32,623 bases of DNA from Phoronis australis (taxonomy: Eukaryota; Animalia; Phoronida). The notes under the pieces were generated by a model. That model was given only the letters and a program-made list of their open reading frames with translations. It was not told the origin of the DNA and made no database searches. Below, in pieces: positions 1 through 11,729 of the stretch. The stretch covers positions 997,437-1,030,059 of the forward strand of contig NMRA01000025.1 in the NCBI GenBank assembly GCA_002633005.1, written 5' to 3'. Position 1 is the stretch's first letter, and each line of letters starts with the position of its first letter. Position numbers and translations under genes: made by a program.

Positions 1-33
1 AGAGAAAAAGAGACAGAGAGAGCGAGACAGAGG
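1..33. repeat. Imperfect (GA)n microsatellite
   Basis: agagaaaaagagacagagagagcgagacagagg. Confidence 0.6.
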
Positions 34-309
34 GTGACAGGTTTATTAACATAAGTAATATTAGCTCATAATACAGTTTACAGAGTACAATAAAACAAAC
101 AAAAACATGATCACAACCCGCAAAGTATAGGCCATACGTGCGCAAGCCCGCCCAGTGATCGGCGACTGAATTGAAGTAAATCTAATTATAATTCATTTAC
201 CAATGTCTAACATAACAATGGCAATTGACTAAAATCGTTACATTATCACACACGTAGTGAATTTATATTTTTAGGCTTATTTTACAGCTGTGCTTTGCCG
301 TCTTCATTT

Positions 310-439
310 GGGAAGAAATTTCACGGGGGAAGAAATTTCATGCCTTAGACGTGAAATAACTTCCCCTCAATACCGCGCATGCGCAAAAGGGTCCGAGTGG
401 GAAGAAATTTCACGGGGAAGAAATTTCACGCGACACCGG
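310..439. repeat. Clustered GGAAGAAATTTCAC motifs, probably the subterminal region of a non-autonomous DNA transposon
   Basis: Two tandem pairs (311-340, 400-430) with one inverted copy between them (cgtgaaataacttcccc, 350-366); ends gcgacaccgg. Confidence 0.45.
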
Positions 440-775
440 CACCGTTCATATGTACTGTACACGTCGTTGACTCAATATTATGGCGATTCGGTAAATGAAA
501 GGATTGAGGCTAGGTACAAAGCTACTCTGTATGCATACCTGGCGGGAGATTCGATTTGACTGACAGCCCTGTAGCCTTTGACCTCGGATAAGTAGTAAAT
601 AAGTTTTCACGCGGTTGTGCGGCTCCAGGGTCGTTTTGCTAAATCTTTTTATTGTCTTGCTACACGGTATATATTTCGTATTTGAACTTCCCAGAGAATG
701 AAGAAAATGTATTTTGCTAACATATGTAAAATATTGTAAAATGGGTAATTTTTTAGAATTAGATTTGACAGAGGA

Positions 776-959
776 CAGAGGCGGGTCTACAGGGGAANAA
801 AAAAAATCGCCAGCAAAACGCAATCAGCTTCTAAAAACGACAAAAATCCTACACGGGAGTGGGGAAACCTCCTCCCGACCTTGCTTCCGCTCGGAGCTAC
901 GCGCCTCGGATTCGCTCGAATCCCAAACACCCCTCACTGAAAACGTAGACCTGCCACTG
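776..959. mobile_element. MITE, CAGTGGCGG-type TIR
   Basis: CAGAGGCGGGTCTAC at 776 versus reverse complement CAGTGGCAGGTCTAC ending at 959 (13/15); no clear TSD. Confidence 0.65.
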
Positions 960-1076
960 TTTGAGATATCCTAATAGTGAAGGTTAGGGAGCGTTCACAT
1001 ATTACGTCATCACTCAAGGTGACGCCTTCGTGTATTGAATAGTATATATAGATTATTACATGGCGAAGTCTTTATC

Positions 1077-1400
1077 CACTGGCGGATCTAGGATATCACA
1101 AGGGGGGGGGGCAACATTTTGTCCGGCCGTAAGCATTTGCGCAAACCACGATTGTAGATGCGCATATCACCGAATGGGGGGAGGTCGGGAGGGGTTTGCT
1201 CCCCTTCCGCCAAGGAAATTTTTCTGTTTTTTCCTCTTAAAATCAAGCATTTTCCGTGATTTCTGAAGTATTATCCAAGAAAAAAAGGCAAAACGAAAAA
1301 ACGGGGAACGTGTCACACAGGAAAAACTGCGAGCTCCACAAATTCGCACTCACGACCTAGCTGATAGGACGCGCGTGCTTTACCACTACACCACCACGAT
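1077..1400. mobile_element. Truncated CAGTGGCGGATCT-family element followed by a minus-strand tRNA-derived (SINE-head-like) segment
   Basis: CACTGGCGGATCTAGG at 1077; A-box TGGTGTAGTGG (1393-1383) and B-box-like GAGTGCGAATT (1351-1341). Confidence 0.5.
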
Positions 1401-2287
1401 ATCACTAGTAACCTAACACTAAGAGACCTATTGTTTATGGTCCACAGCGTTTGCGCGGGAAACCTACTTCTTTTTGTAATGCTTATTACACGTTTTATAT
1501 TTTGTGCAATCGGTTCTTAACAATTTTTTGTATTTAAAATAGTCATCAAATGCCCAAAAGACCAAATCTGTTTTTCGTGTTGGCAATAATGACGGATTGC
1601 TTTGGAAATCGTCTTGAGATAAGGTTTGACAAAGAGAGAATTAATGAGTTTCTGAGTGATTCACTAAGGCTTAGATTAAAATTCAAATCTTACCAGCAGC
1701 TTCTGTTATTTCATCGTCATTCAGGTTCCATTTTCTTTAAAAAATGAAGTAAATTTTCTTCATTGCACAGTGGAGCAGACGATGGAAACGGAGTCGTAGT
1801 GCGCAGCGCCACTACCGGCCGGTCGCCTGGGATATCGCGGGGGAGCCCACACTTAGCCATAGTTCCGTTACGAATGCGCCGTGTTCCGAATTTGACACTT
1901 GAAATTAGATCTGAGCCCCGCCCCCCCCCCACACTAAAACTGCACACATTTAAATCTTTTTTCATCCGTATAATTTTAATTACCTGGGCAANGGGGGGGG
2001 GGGGGCTACAGCATACACTGTAGAACATTGCGATTAATCCACCATTGCGCTTGGCACCTGTGAACAAGTGCGAGTTAAACGTGATTCCCCCTTTCCAGTA
2101 TCATTGCCCCTCACGGGTGATTTGACGACGTCGGAAACAATGTGAGAGGCCTCTGTTTCACCAAGAGGTTTACAAGAGAGGGGTTTTAATAATCTTACCA
2201 CCATCATTCATCAACATTGTCAATATCATTTATCATTCAATTTCGTCAAAATTTAGTGTACTACGTTTCTTATAATAACACATGTAA

Positions 2288-2320
2288 TCATCACCATCAT
2301 CGTCGTCGTCGTCGTCACCG
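2288..2320. repeat. Compound (CAT)/(CGT) microsatellite
   Basis: tcatcaccatcatcgtcgtcgtcgtcgtcaccg. Confidence 0.7.
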
Positions 2321-2825
2321 TGGTCATTATTGCTTATCATCAAATGTTGCCAAGTACCGCTCTAGATTAACTAATGTTGATGCATTTTCACTTCCTAGTT
2401 AGAATGGAGAACAATGCTTTGGACAGATTACGTTTGCCAGAAACATAAGTATAGTACTGGGGTGTTTAAGATGTGCCATCGGTTCTATTGACGTTCGTAC
2501 GAGACCTTTAGGTCTACACTCGCATACTTTAGTAACCGTGCTTTACACAGATATGCAAATACATCTACATTTCCGAGGTTCTTTTCTAAGGTGGGTTGGT
2601 TACAATAAGGGAACCGAATTTATCGATTACTTCGTCGATACGACTATAAGTAGGCATGCTTTATTGCAGTTTCAAGTTGACGTTTATGTTTTATCTCCGA
2701 AATGGCGATAGCGTTTTATGTAGAAGTTGCACAAAATCTCGACCACTTAAAGAATTATCTGACCACTCCTAAAGTCGTCCATACGTTGCTCAGCATTGTG
2801 TAGTTTTCAAATAATATTTGCTCAC

Positions 2826-3025
2826 CTGTTGCTGTCCGAAGGACCGCCATGTTCTTTTTCGTAAGGATTAAAATGGCCGCCACAGGAAATGCAACCTTTT
2901 GTCAGATCACCATACGTGTGGATGTGGAAACCGTGATCTCCCTCACCTGAAGCTGTGAAGCCAGACAATTGCACATCAACATCTGTGACGAAACCCCAGG
3001 ATACAAACCCAAACCCCATCCAAGC
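2826..3025 (-). CDS. SOD3: Extracellular Cu/Zn SOD, coding exon 3 ([23 protein letters not shown]...HGFHIH...[24 protein letters not shown])
   Basis: Acceptor tttttctttcag|, donor AG|gtgag splitting the Arg codon that precedes HxGDLGN in Cu/Zn SODs. Metal ligands in HGFHIH, GGHFNP and EHGGP are present. The next exon was not found in 1-2825. Confidence 0.95.
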
Positions 3026-3432
3026 CTGAAAGAAAAACAAATATGATCACTGAGTTTCCGAGGAGGATCTTCTTGACAGGTCAACAAAGAAAGATACGTT
3101 GGAAGTAAAAACAACTAGATCAATAACATGATAAAGTTTTATTTTGATAAAAATGTTCAAGGTGAGATCTCAAAAATGCTGTAACAGTTTTCTAAAATAT
3201 CATTTCGTATTGCATTTCCAAACCGTTGCCCTTGTGTCAACAGATCGGTCTCCTACAGAAAACTAGTGTTCAACTATCAATTTACAACTAGTTACACTAC
3301 ACGTATCACTGGAAAGATGGACCTTCTAAAATACATGTAGGGAACGAACCCTAGGAGTGATTATACAGTAGCAAACACTCCACTAGTTACTCTGACTGGA
3401 AAAAGTTAATCCTGGGACAAGTTGCTGCTTGG

Positions 3433-6189
3433 TAATGAAAATCAAAATGAAAAGAATGGTGTAGAAATCTTGAGAAGTGGTATTGAAAATGCCCTTTTAA
3501 ATATACACGATGATGTATCCCTTTTGATAACTGGGGAACTTTACGCTAAAATTGGGAATCTCTCCTATCATATTCAAGACGACTCAGCAGAGTGTTTGCC
3601 TTCAGGTGAATGGAATGACTCAGATGCTTCTAATTTGTCAAGTATCAGTAGAGAAAATTGCTTGAACGTGCGAATGTGTTGCGAGTTAAATGTTCATGCA
3701 TGTAACGGTAGACTTCTAGGAGATGAGGAAGGAGAGTTTACTTGTTTATCTAATAAAGGATGTAGTGTACATGTAGTTGATTATGTACTATTGTCCACTG
3801 ATTTGTTTGATTTTGTATCAGATTTTAAAGTTGATTTGTTGGATGACTTTGATCAACTTCCTCTTATTTCTCTGTTTTTCACGGCTCCACTGTCACAAGA
3901 TCACGGTGATCATAGTACAAAGTATGATGTCCTTGAATATGACAGAGTTAGATGGAAGGCTGGACAAGTTTGTCGGTTGGTTCCAAGTGTTCTCTATTGA
4001 TATTGTAAATCTTATTGAGAGCAGTAAGGTTGAAGACGCTGTTCAATTGTTAAAGGAAATGTATAAATCAGCTGCGAGCGATATGATTGTACACTCCAGT
4101 CCCGCGGTTAAATTTGTCAAAACTCAACCATCATGGTGGTATGAGGAATTAAAGGTACATGTATTGAAAAAAGAGAGAAATTGTGCTTTGTCTGGTTTCC
4201 GAAACTATAAAAATCATTTTAATTTTGTTACGTACAAAGAATTGCGTCAAAAATTCGAAGTGACTTTTAAGCCAAAAGAAATTGAAGTTATTGAAAGATG
4301 GTCTGAGAAAAAAGTTTATTGAAAATGCCAACAATCCCAGACCGTTTTGGCAGCCAGTAAAATCATGCTCTAGGAAAAAGACGTCAAATACTAGCTTCTA
4401 TTTCTGCCGACGAGTGATTTTGCCACTTTCAGTCACTCTTAAACCAAGAAAATCCTGAAAAGGTACATGTACGTATGGTTGGACAAGTAGAAAGAAACTT
4501 GGCAAGCCATAACGAGTATTCTAATGTCTGTCTGGTATATAACTGAATCACGATTTTGGTGAAAGTGAGATTTTTGTCGCTCTTCGAGACCTACCGAATG
4601 GTAAAGCTTCCGGTGTTGACGGAATTGTTATTAACTCTTTAAGTCCACCACAGATCATATAACACCTGTTTTGACAAACATTTTTAATAGTGCTCTACGA
4701 TCAGGCGAATTTCCTCAGTCCTGATGTGATGCTATAATTTGTCCATTGCATAAGCAAGGTGACGTCAATGACGTAAATAATTATCCGGGTATTTCACTTC
4801 TGCCTGTTCTCGGGAATTTTTTACGAAACTTATAAACGCTCGTCTAACAAGTTGGGCCAACGATAACGTCTTATTTAACGAAGCTCAGACTGGCTTTAGA
4901 AAAGAGTATAGCACAATAGACCAAATGTTTAATACCTTCCAAGGAATTGTTCATCAGTACTTGAGTGAGCGCAGGGGCAGGTTTTATACATTATACGTGC
5001 ATTTTTCTCGGGCCTTTGACAACATTTCACATAACTTTTTGTGGAATATACTGCAAAAATATTATTTTATGGTAGCGTTTTAAAATTGATGAAAAATATG
5101 TATTCAAAGCTAAAAGCGTGTGTAAGAACTGAGCGTGGGTTAACCGATTTTTTCAGTAATAATATTGGTTACTCACCTAGGGTGTATGCTTAGTCCTTTT
5201 TTATTCAGTGTGTATTTGGACGAGTTGCTTGATTACTTAAAAGAATCTTTAAATAGCGGAATTTACGTAAGTGATAATGTACATGTACCTCAAATTTTTA
5301 TGTTGCTGTACGCTGATGATATGGTTGGTTGTGCAGAGACAGCGTTTAAACTATAGCAACAAATTAACGTTCAGCATGAATACTGTCAGGGTTGGGTATG
5401 AAAGTCAACCTTAATAAACAAAAATAATGGTATTTAGAAAAGGCTGACCATTGAGAAAATATGAAAAATGACACTTTGGAAATGACAAAATTCATGTCTC
5501 ATCATATAACTGCCTGGGTATTTGCCTTACTCCAAAGTTAGTCTGGACGCAAGATACGGACATTTTGTCTCACCAGGCACAGAAAGCAATTTTTTCAATT
5601 AAATGTTTTCAGTCAAAATGTGGACGACTTTCACCGATAAAAAGATATACCCAATTATTAGCTATGGCAGTATGGCAGTGAGATTTGGGAATTTAAAGAA
5701 TATTCTAATATCAAGCGTCCAATTAAAATTCTGTAAGCAACTGATGGATGTTGGAAGTAACTGTTCAAAGCATGCTGCCCTGGGAGAACTGGGAAGGTAT
5801 CCAATTTATGTAATAAAAAGCTCTTTGTTAAGCTGATCAAGTATTGGTTTCAATTGCTAAAGATTCCAATACATCGAAATCCAAAATCAGTACGTGAAAA
5901 GCTAATCACATTGGATGAGGCAGGTAGGAAAAATTGGGCTTCATCTGTTAGGAATTTGCTGCAAAGATATGGTTTTGGATTGGTATGGCACATTCAGGGA
6001 GTTGGCTGCTAAGCATCTTTTCTTGTAATTTTTCAGCAGCGAATAAAAGATTGTTTTTTTAAATACTGGAGCTTTGCTGTGGAGAACAGCTCAAAACTTC
6101 ATACATATGCCTCATTTAAAATTGTTTTTGAAATGGGATCCTAACTGTTGCGTGATATTCCATATATTTTAGCAGCTATGGCTAAATTA
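3433..6189 (+). mobile_element. Decayed, 5'-truncated non-LTR retrotransposon (RTE-X/L2-like LINE), endonuclease and RT part
   Basis: Frameshifted/stop-containing ORF2 remnants: ITGELYAKIG (GDFNAR-like), VVDYVLLS, GKASGVDGI, PLHKQGD..NNYPGISLL, QTGFRK, FSRAFD, GCMLSPFLF, LLYADD, LGELGRYP. 5' boundary approximate. Confidence 0.9.
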
Positions 6190-8504
6190 CGAGGGTCGTT
6201 CAATAAGTTCCCGGCCTCACCAAAAAACAGGGACGCAGGTTAATTGTTTTCACACCATAGGCATAGTAAAATTTCAGCTTTTATAACAGTACTGCGTTCA
6301 TGCTGATTTAGTAGTCAACTGCCGCTAGGTGGCGCTGCTTCAAAATAGCAGACGACAACACATTTAGCAGCATGGACATAACGAAGACGAGAGCCGTCAT
6401 AAAATATTTGTGTAAAAAGGAATGAAACTAAAAGATATTCATGAAGAGATGCGAAAAACATTCGTAACAGACTCCCTGAGCTACTCCGCAGTAAAAAAGA
6501 GGCCAGCTTGTTTCAAGAGGGGTTGAGAAAGCGTTGAAGATGACTTTGGTGAATGCCAATTGATTCCAATTCCTAATATCTCTCTAAGTTCATGGGCGGC
6601 GATGCTACAAAATTTGCAGAGGTTGTGGTGAAACACTTCTCTGGTGTTGTTAAAGGGCCAGGAATTAAGAACCCTAACTTGGAGTTGACGGCTACTGGTC
6701 CGTCGCCGCGGGCGACTTTGTCTAAACAAAGTTCCAATAATGATCGGCTCCAATGAGCATTTTTACTTCAAAGGAGCCATCTTGAGTGGGGCTGTGGGCA
6801 AGTCTGAGGCCCTTGAGGTGCTTGCAGCGATGGAGGGTTGTCTTGTTCATAGATAGCGGGGTAGTGACGTGAGGGACGACAACAATTTCAACGGGTATAC
6901 GCTCACTTTGAGGAGAAAGCACAATGACAGTCGTCACATCATAGGTTTTTGCGTCTGATTGCTGAGGGGCCCCAAATGTAGTCACTTAATTTTCTCTCGG
7001 CGAGTGGGCCGAAGGCCAAGATTAGAAGCTAGGGGAATGGTACTGAAGGATCGTTGAGCCCCTTCGTCAAATAAAATGTTGGTCAAACTGATTTTTGACT
7101 TCCCATCGCTAACAATAGCTGTAGCTGTTTTTAACAGCACCATGGTATTTGCTGAGGTGATGTGCGTGACGTTATCGTCGACGCTAGCTTGCGGGGCTAG
7201 GCTCGTGGTTTGAGTTATCGACGGAGAGTGGAGTTCAGCAGCGGCTTTTGTCACTGGTGGCAAACTGGTCAAGGATGACCTTTGCGATTGAGGGGTCTCT
7301 GTTTTCGGTTTTCGACATAAGCTGCTGTGATGTTTCGAATTGCAGTGGCGACAGGTATTGCGAGACTGGCAGTCAGCTATTCTATGGTTGCCTAGACAAT
7401 TGAAACACGCTTTCTTTTTCTTAACTATAATTAAGCGAGAATCATAAGAAATGTGTGTTGGGCAGTGAGTGGGTGTGTGGTCCCCCGAACAATAAAAGCA
7501 CTTACGATTGGTCTTGTACAGTCCGGCACTGGTTTGGAAGGCAGCCGTTGAGCAGTAATCACTGACCCTCGTCCAGGACGTCCCAAACTATCGTCCTCCA
7601 GTGAAAATGTGCAGAAAATTCATGCAACGGTTATGAAAGACTGGCGAATGACTGTTCAACATTTGGCAAACACTGTTGGCATCAGTAATGGATCTGTCTC
7701 TAAAATTTTGAGTGAAGATTTGGGCATGAGTAAGCTGAGTAGACAATGGTAGCCAAGAATGTTAACTCAGGATCAGAAAATGAGCAGATTGCAAATTTCA
7801 AAGAAACTTCTAGGAAGATTCCAAGAAGATCCAGCCAAATGTTCCAGAAGACTTGTAACCCAGGATGAGACACGTGTTCACCACTTTGACCCGGAATCAA
7901 AACAACAAAGTAAACAATGGAGCATGTGGGTTCCCCAAGCCCGAGAACGTTGAAGTTGGGTGCCTCTGCGAGTAAAGTTATGGCCTCTGTGTTCTGGGAA
8001 AGCGAAGGTATTCTTACGATCGACTACTTGCAACGAGGACACACTGGTACTGGAAATTACTATGAAAACTTGGAAAACTCAAAAAAAGCAATCAAGAAAA
8101 AGAGACGCGGGAAGTTTCGGGATAGAGTGCTGTTGCTTCAAGACAACGCACCTACCCATACTGCCCAAGTTGCGGTGACTGACGCAACTAGATGTGGCTT
8201 TGAAATTCTTCCGCATCCCACCTACTCTCCAGACCTGGCCCCCTCTGATTTTTATTTGTTTCCACATTTGAAGACCTACCTTCGTGGACACCAATATGTA
8301 AGCGATGGTGACGTCATGAGTGCAGTGGAGGAGTATTTTGAGGGGTTCGACAAAAGTTTCCTTTACGAAGGCATTGCAAAACTGAAGCACAGATGGAAGA
8401 AATGCATTCACGTAACGTGAGACTATAATGAAACATAAAAGTCAAAATTAGTTGCTATCGCGTTGTTTTCTGGGTGAGGTCGAGAACTTATTGAACGACC
8501 CTCG
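6190..8504 (+). mobile_element. Full-length mariner (DD34D) DNA transposon with inactivated transposase
   Basis: TIRs CGAGGGTCGTTCAATAAGTTC(C/T)CG(G/A)CCTCACC at 6190 and 8504; TA duplication at 6188-6189 and 8505-8506. Transposase remnant from ~6372 to 8420 with EDDPRPGRP, VTQDET, QDNAPTH and YSPDLAPSD (34 aa between D2 and D3). Length without the internal insert is 1293 bp. Confidence 0.96.
6545..7562 (-). mobile_element. Internal fragment of a BEL/Pao LTR retrotransposon (gag zinc knuckles and aspartic protease), no LTRs
   Basis: Frame open from 7560 to 6982: CFYCSGDHTPTHC, CFNCLGNHRIADC, CRHCNSKHHSSLC, then VLLKTA...ILFDEGAQRSF; frameshifted continuation MLIGADHYW. Flanked by TGAC at 6541-6544 and 7563-7566. 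Confidence 0.9.
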
Positions 8505-8506
8505 TA

Positions 8507-8853
8507 CAACCATAACTTGATGATTGAGAATGGTAGACATGCTCTTGTGGACCAAAATGTGTGTTGTTTCTGTGTATCCCTTACTGAAGACTGATACCAT
8601 TTCATATGTGTTTGTAAAAAGTACTGCTGTCTGAGAACTGCATTTATACCTGTGTGCTGCTGGCATGAACCAAATCAACATAAATTTTTAAAGCTAATGG
8701 AAATGTCAGCGCCTATTGCTCAGATTAATCTAATAAAATTAGTATTTCACACCACTGCCCTTAGAGAAAAGCTGCTCAGCGTTATCCTGTAAATTTTGTG
8801 TAACATAGTGACCAAGGCCTTAAATGTTCATAGACATAAATAAAACTAAACTA
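8507..8853 (+). mobile_element. 3' remainder of the same LINE (C-terminal zinc-knuckle region and tail)
   Basis: NHNLMIENGRH...CCFC...ED*YHFICVC continues AAMAKL from 6189 across the mariner; ends in aataaaactaaacta. Confidence 0.8.
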
Positions 8854-9162
8854 GTTGTTGTCGAGGCTATTTTCCTTTTGGCAACTTTAGGAATGAGTGA
8901 CACCTTATATCAGCTGATAGAGGTTGAAAAACTTGTCCAAGCGCAAGTCGTAGTGTGAACGAAAACCTTGCAGATGTGACAGAAGTAATTGCCATCCCTC
9001 CGCTTACTTATTTACGCCCATAGGAGTACATCATCATGTTTGTGCCCTTATTTCTCCCCTGGTGTAGGGTGTGTAGTGTGGACGCTCGGTTGCAGGGGAT
9101 AGGCTGCTCTAGGGCAAGTTCTTCTAGGGTAGATTGAAGTGCAGAAATTTCTGTTGACTTAC

Positions 9163-9278
9163 AAAAATATGCATGCGCTGTCTGAACAACACTCGACCAG
9201 AAACTGATCCTTTGTCGCCGCTGTAGTTTGGATCAGGGGTAACGTTACACACGGCATATCTCGTGTAGTCGAAAAGAG
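9163..9278 (-). CDS. SOD3: Extracellular Cu/Zn SOD, coding exon 2 ((A)LFDYTRYAVCNVTPDPNYSGDKGSVSGRVLFRQRMHIF)
   Basis: Acceptor ttcatcttccag|, donor |gtaagt; 116 nt, phase 1 in and phase 0 out. YAVC...VSGRVLFRQ matches beta-strands 1-2 of SOD3-type enzymes (human SOD3 HAACQV...VTGVVLFRQ). Confidence 0.88.
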
Positions 9279-11729
9279 CTGGAAGATGAACACAAAAGCT
9301 TGAACAGTCGTTAACGATCTAGTCTTCAGGGTCCAGGTCTAATCTTTACTATGCTTGATCTTGAACTCGAAATTATTTTTGGCATTTTCCGTTTTACTTT
9401 TGTGCGAACTCAAGATACAGTAGGTTGAATAGGTAGTGGTTTAAGGTGCTGTGTGCATTAACCTCGCATTTGGTTAGCCCACGATTTGCGCTACAAACTT
9501 GAGTAAATACACGATATTTCGCACGGATTGTTTGTCACTTTTTTGAGCTCGCACAAAATTTGAGTGCAAAGTTTCAGAAATAATCTCGAGTTCGATTTCA
9601 GGACCTGGGCCCAGAAATCCACCAAATTGCATTTGAAACCAGGCAAGAAAATTGCCCACCAACCATTAAAATACTCTCAAAGTGTGCCACGCCGCTAGTC
9701 AACTTATGAGTCGAGTATTTAGAAAAGGTGACCACGGATTCTGGTAAGAGAAACAAATGCTTTCACTGAAACTTCTGGGACCTGTGTCATGAAATCTGAT
9801 TGATCTTTAAATAAAAAATTGGAATTTTTGGTGCAAACAACTATTTCTGAAAACAGTTAAGCCTCACGCGATCAAAATTGCAAAATCTCGGAGAAAATTC
9901 ACGCAACTGTAAGTTAGGCGGTAATTTCTATAAATTATGTATACATGCACACTGTGACGCACACATGATTACTTGGCTAATAAAACCTTTTTTCAGCAAC
10001 TGCGCATTGGGAGCATATGACTTTCATGAAAAGGACCCCCGCCTGTTCACTTGATAGAAGTAAACGAATTTTGTTTAGTTAATGCCTAATTATTGCACTT
10101 TGCGAAATATAGATTTGACAATATAATTATAGCAAGTTCAAGGAATTATGTCAAGTCAAATCCAGTATTGTGTCACGGGGTGCTATTTTGGGAAATAGAT
10201 TTTAGATTCGAAATCACCACTAGAGGCAACCGAACACCTCGGGTATATTAGTCGCCTCAAATTTCTTCTCGGAAGTGAGCGTTATACCGCATGGTGTGAT
10301 CAAACTTCAGTCATTCGACAAGACATGTAACTTTCCTAGTCTCATTGGTCTAAAGGCTGCAATTTCGTACATGCGTAGATACACACTTCCGATTGTAATT
10401 TTTAGGCTACGAAGATAAACAAATTGGCGCGTTTAGTTTGACGGAATGAGGCGCTTTGATGGACAATTTTTGATTAACGTCTGCTGACATACACGTATAT
10501 CAGCACGGGACACAACCGTGACTAAAAATTAACGATAACAAAACAGTGGTATTAGAATTTCTCAAGAAAATTGAATAAGTAATTATCATCAGCGTTACGT
10601 GCCTTATTAATCAAATTACATTGATGTAATTTTTATGACAAAGGCAATGGGCACGTGGCCAAAAAGCAATATTCAAATTATTGTGTCTCAAATGACTTCA
10701 AATGGCAATTACTGTGTTTTTCTACTCAGGGACAACATTGTTGATTTAAATTCATAAAGACGTGACCGAAAAGGTAAAATGAGTGCATTTTCTGGGGGAA
10801 ATCCAAGGTGTAATAATGCAAACTAGAAGCCCTGGTGAAGTTGAGATCGTCGGGAACTGCACTCCCTACGTTGAACTGTAGTGTACGTATAATTTTGGGA
10901 ACACCCTGTATTTATGCCCGTAACGAGTTCTTGTGAAATTGAAATGTTATGTAAACATCACAACGTGTACGGACGATAACAAGCTGTCCCATATTATTTG
11001 CTTACGTCAGCTTAAGTGTAGGGGGATGCTGTAAATATTGAATGATAGTGCAATCTTTTCAACTTTTTCAAGAAAAATTAAGAACCGTTGAATACATGTC
11101 GTTTCCGATGTAGCAAACAGTTGTTACATCTACAGGGATCTTGCACGAATACAGTGTACAGGAGTGCAATCACAAGCAACCAACCTAATAAAGAACCTAC
11201 AAGTACATGTGCGACTTTCTTACTGGGGATTTAACTCGTGACCTCATCAGGTTCTTGTTACCTGCGATCAAGTAACGCTATCCGTTGTAATTAGCGATAC
11301 TGCTGCACATGTTATTTTATTTTCACGTAGTCTTGCAATTCTAGACGTTCGTTTCCTCCAAAATCTCTGCGTAGTTGCCAGCAAAGAGTATTAGAAGTTG
11401 AAATAACAGGGCATGACACACGAACTAGGTCATGATGGCGCAAGGGACAAATGTTCGCTGTAACGTCGCCCTAAATCAGTGTGTCGACGTTTACTATTTA
11501 GTTATGCCTGTGAATTGGAACGAGATAGTAGGGGCAAACATTGTGGAAAGCACACAATAGGATAATTTCACAACGTTTTACACAGCGAGACATTTTTATG
11601 GTGTGGAGAGGTCGACGCCAGACAAAGGTTCAAACTATATATGTGTAAGACATTTTTAAGGTAATACACAATGCGTTTTGAGCTTGAATAGCACTTAACC
11701 GTTGACAGTTTTGCAATGACCTTACTCAC

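Noticed and set aside
1331-1400. Functional tRNA gene (also 13895-13960)
   Set aside because: Only A/B boxes are recognisable; no intact cloverleaf or acceptor stem.
290-2402. Short ORFs listed in 290-2402 (and those at 13008-13945, 26783-27916)
   Set aside because: They overlap MITEs, microsatellites or low-complexity DNA and show no recognisable motifs or splice support.
2685-2710. Minus-strand RHFGD as the missing SOD exon 4
   Set aside because: No AG acceptor, lacks LGN and hits a stop two codons later.
3420-8862. LINE target-site duplication agttgctg/agttgttg
   Set aside because: Too short and mismatched, and the 5' boundary is uncertain.
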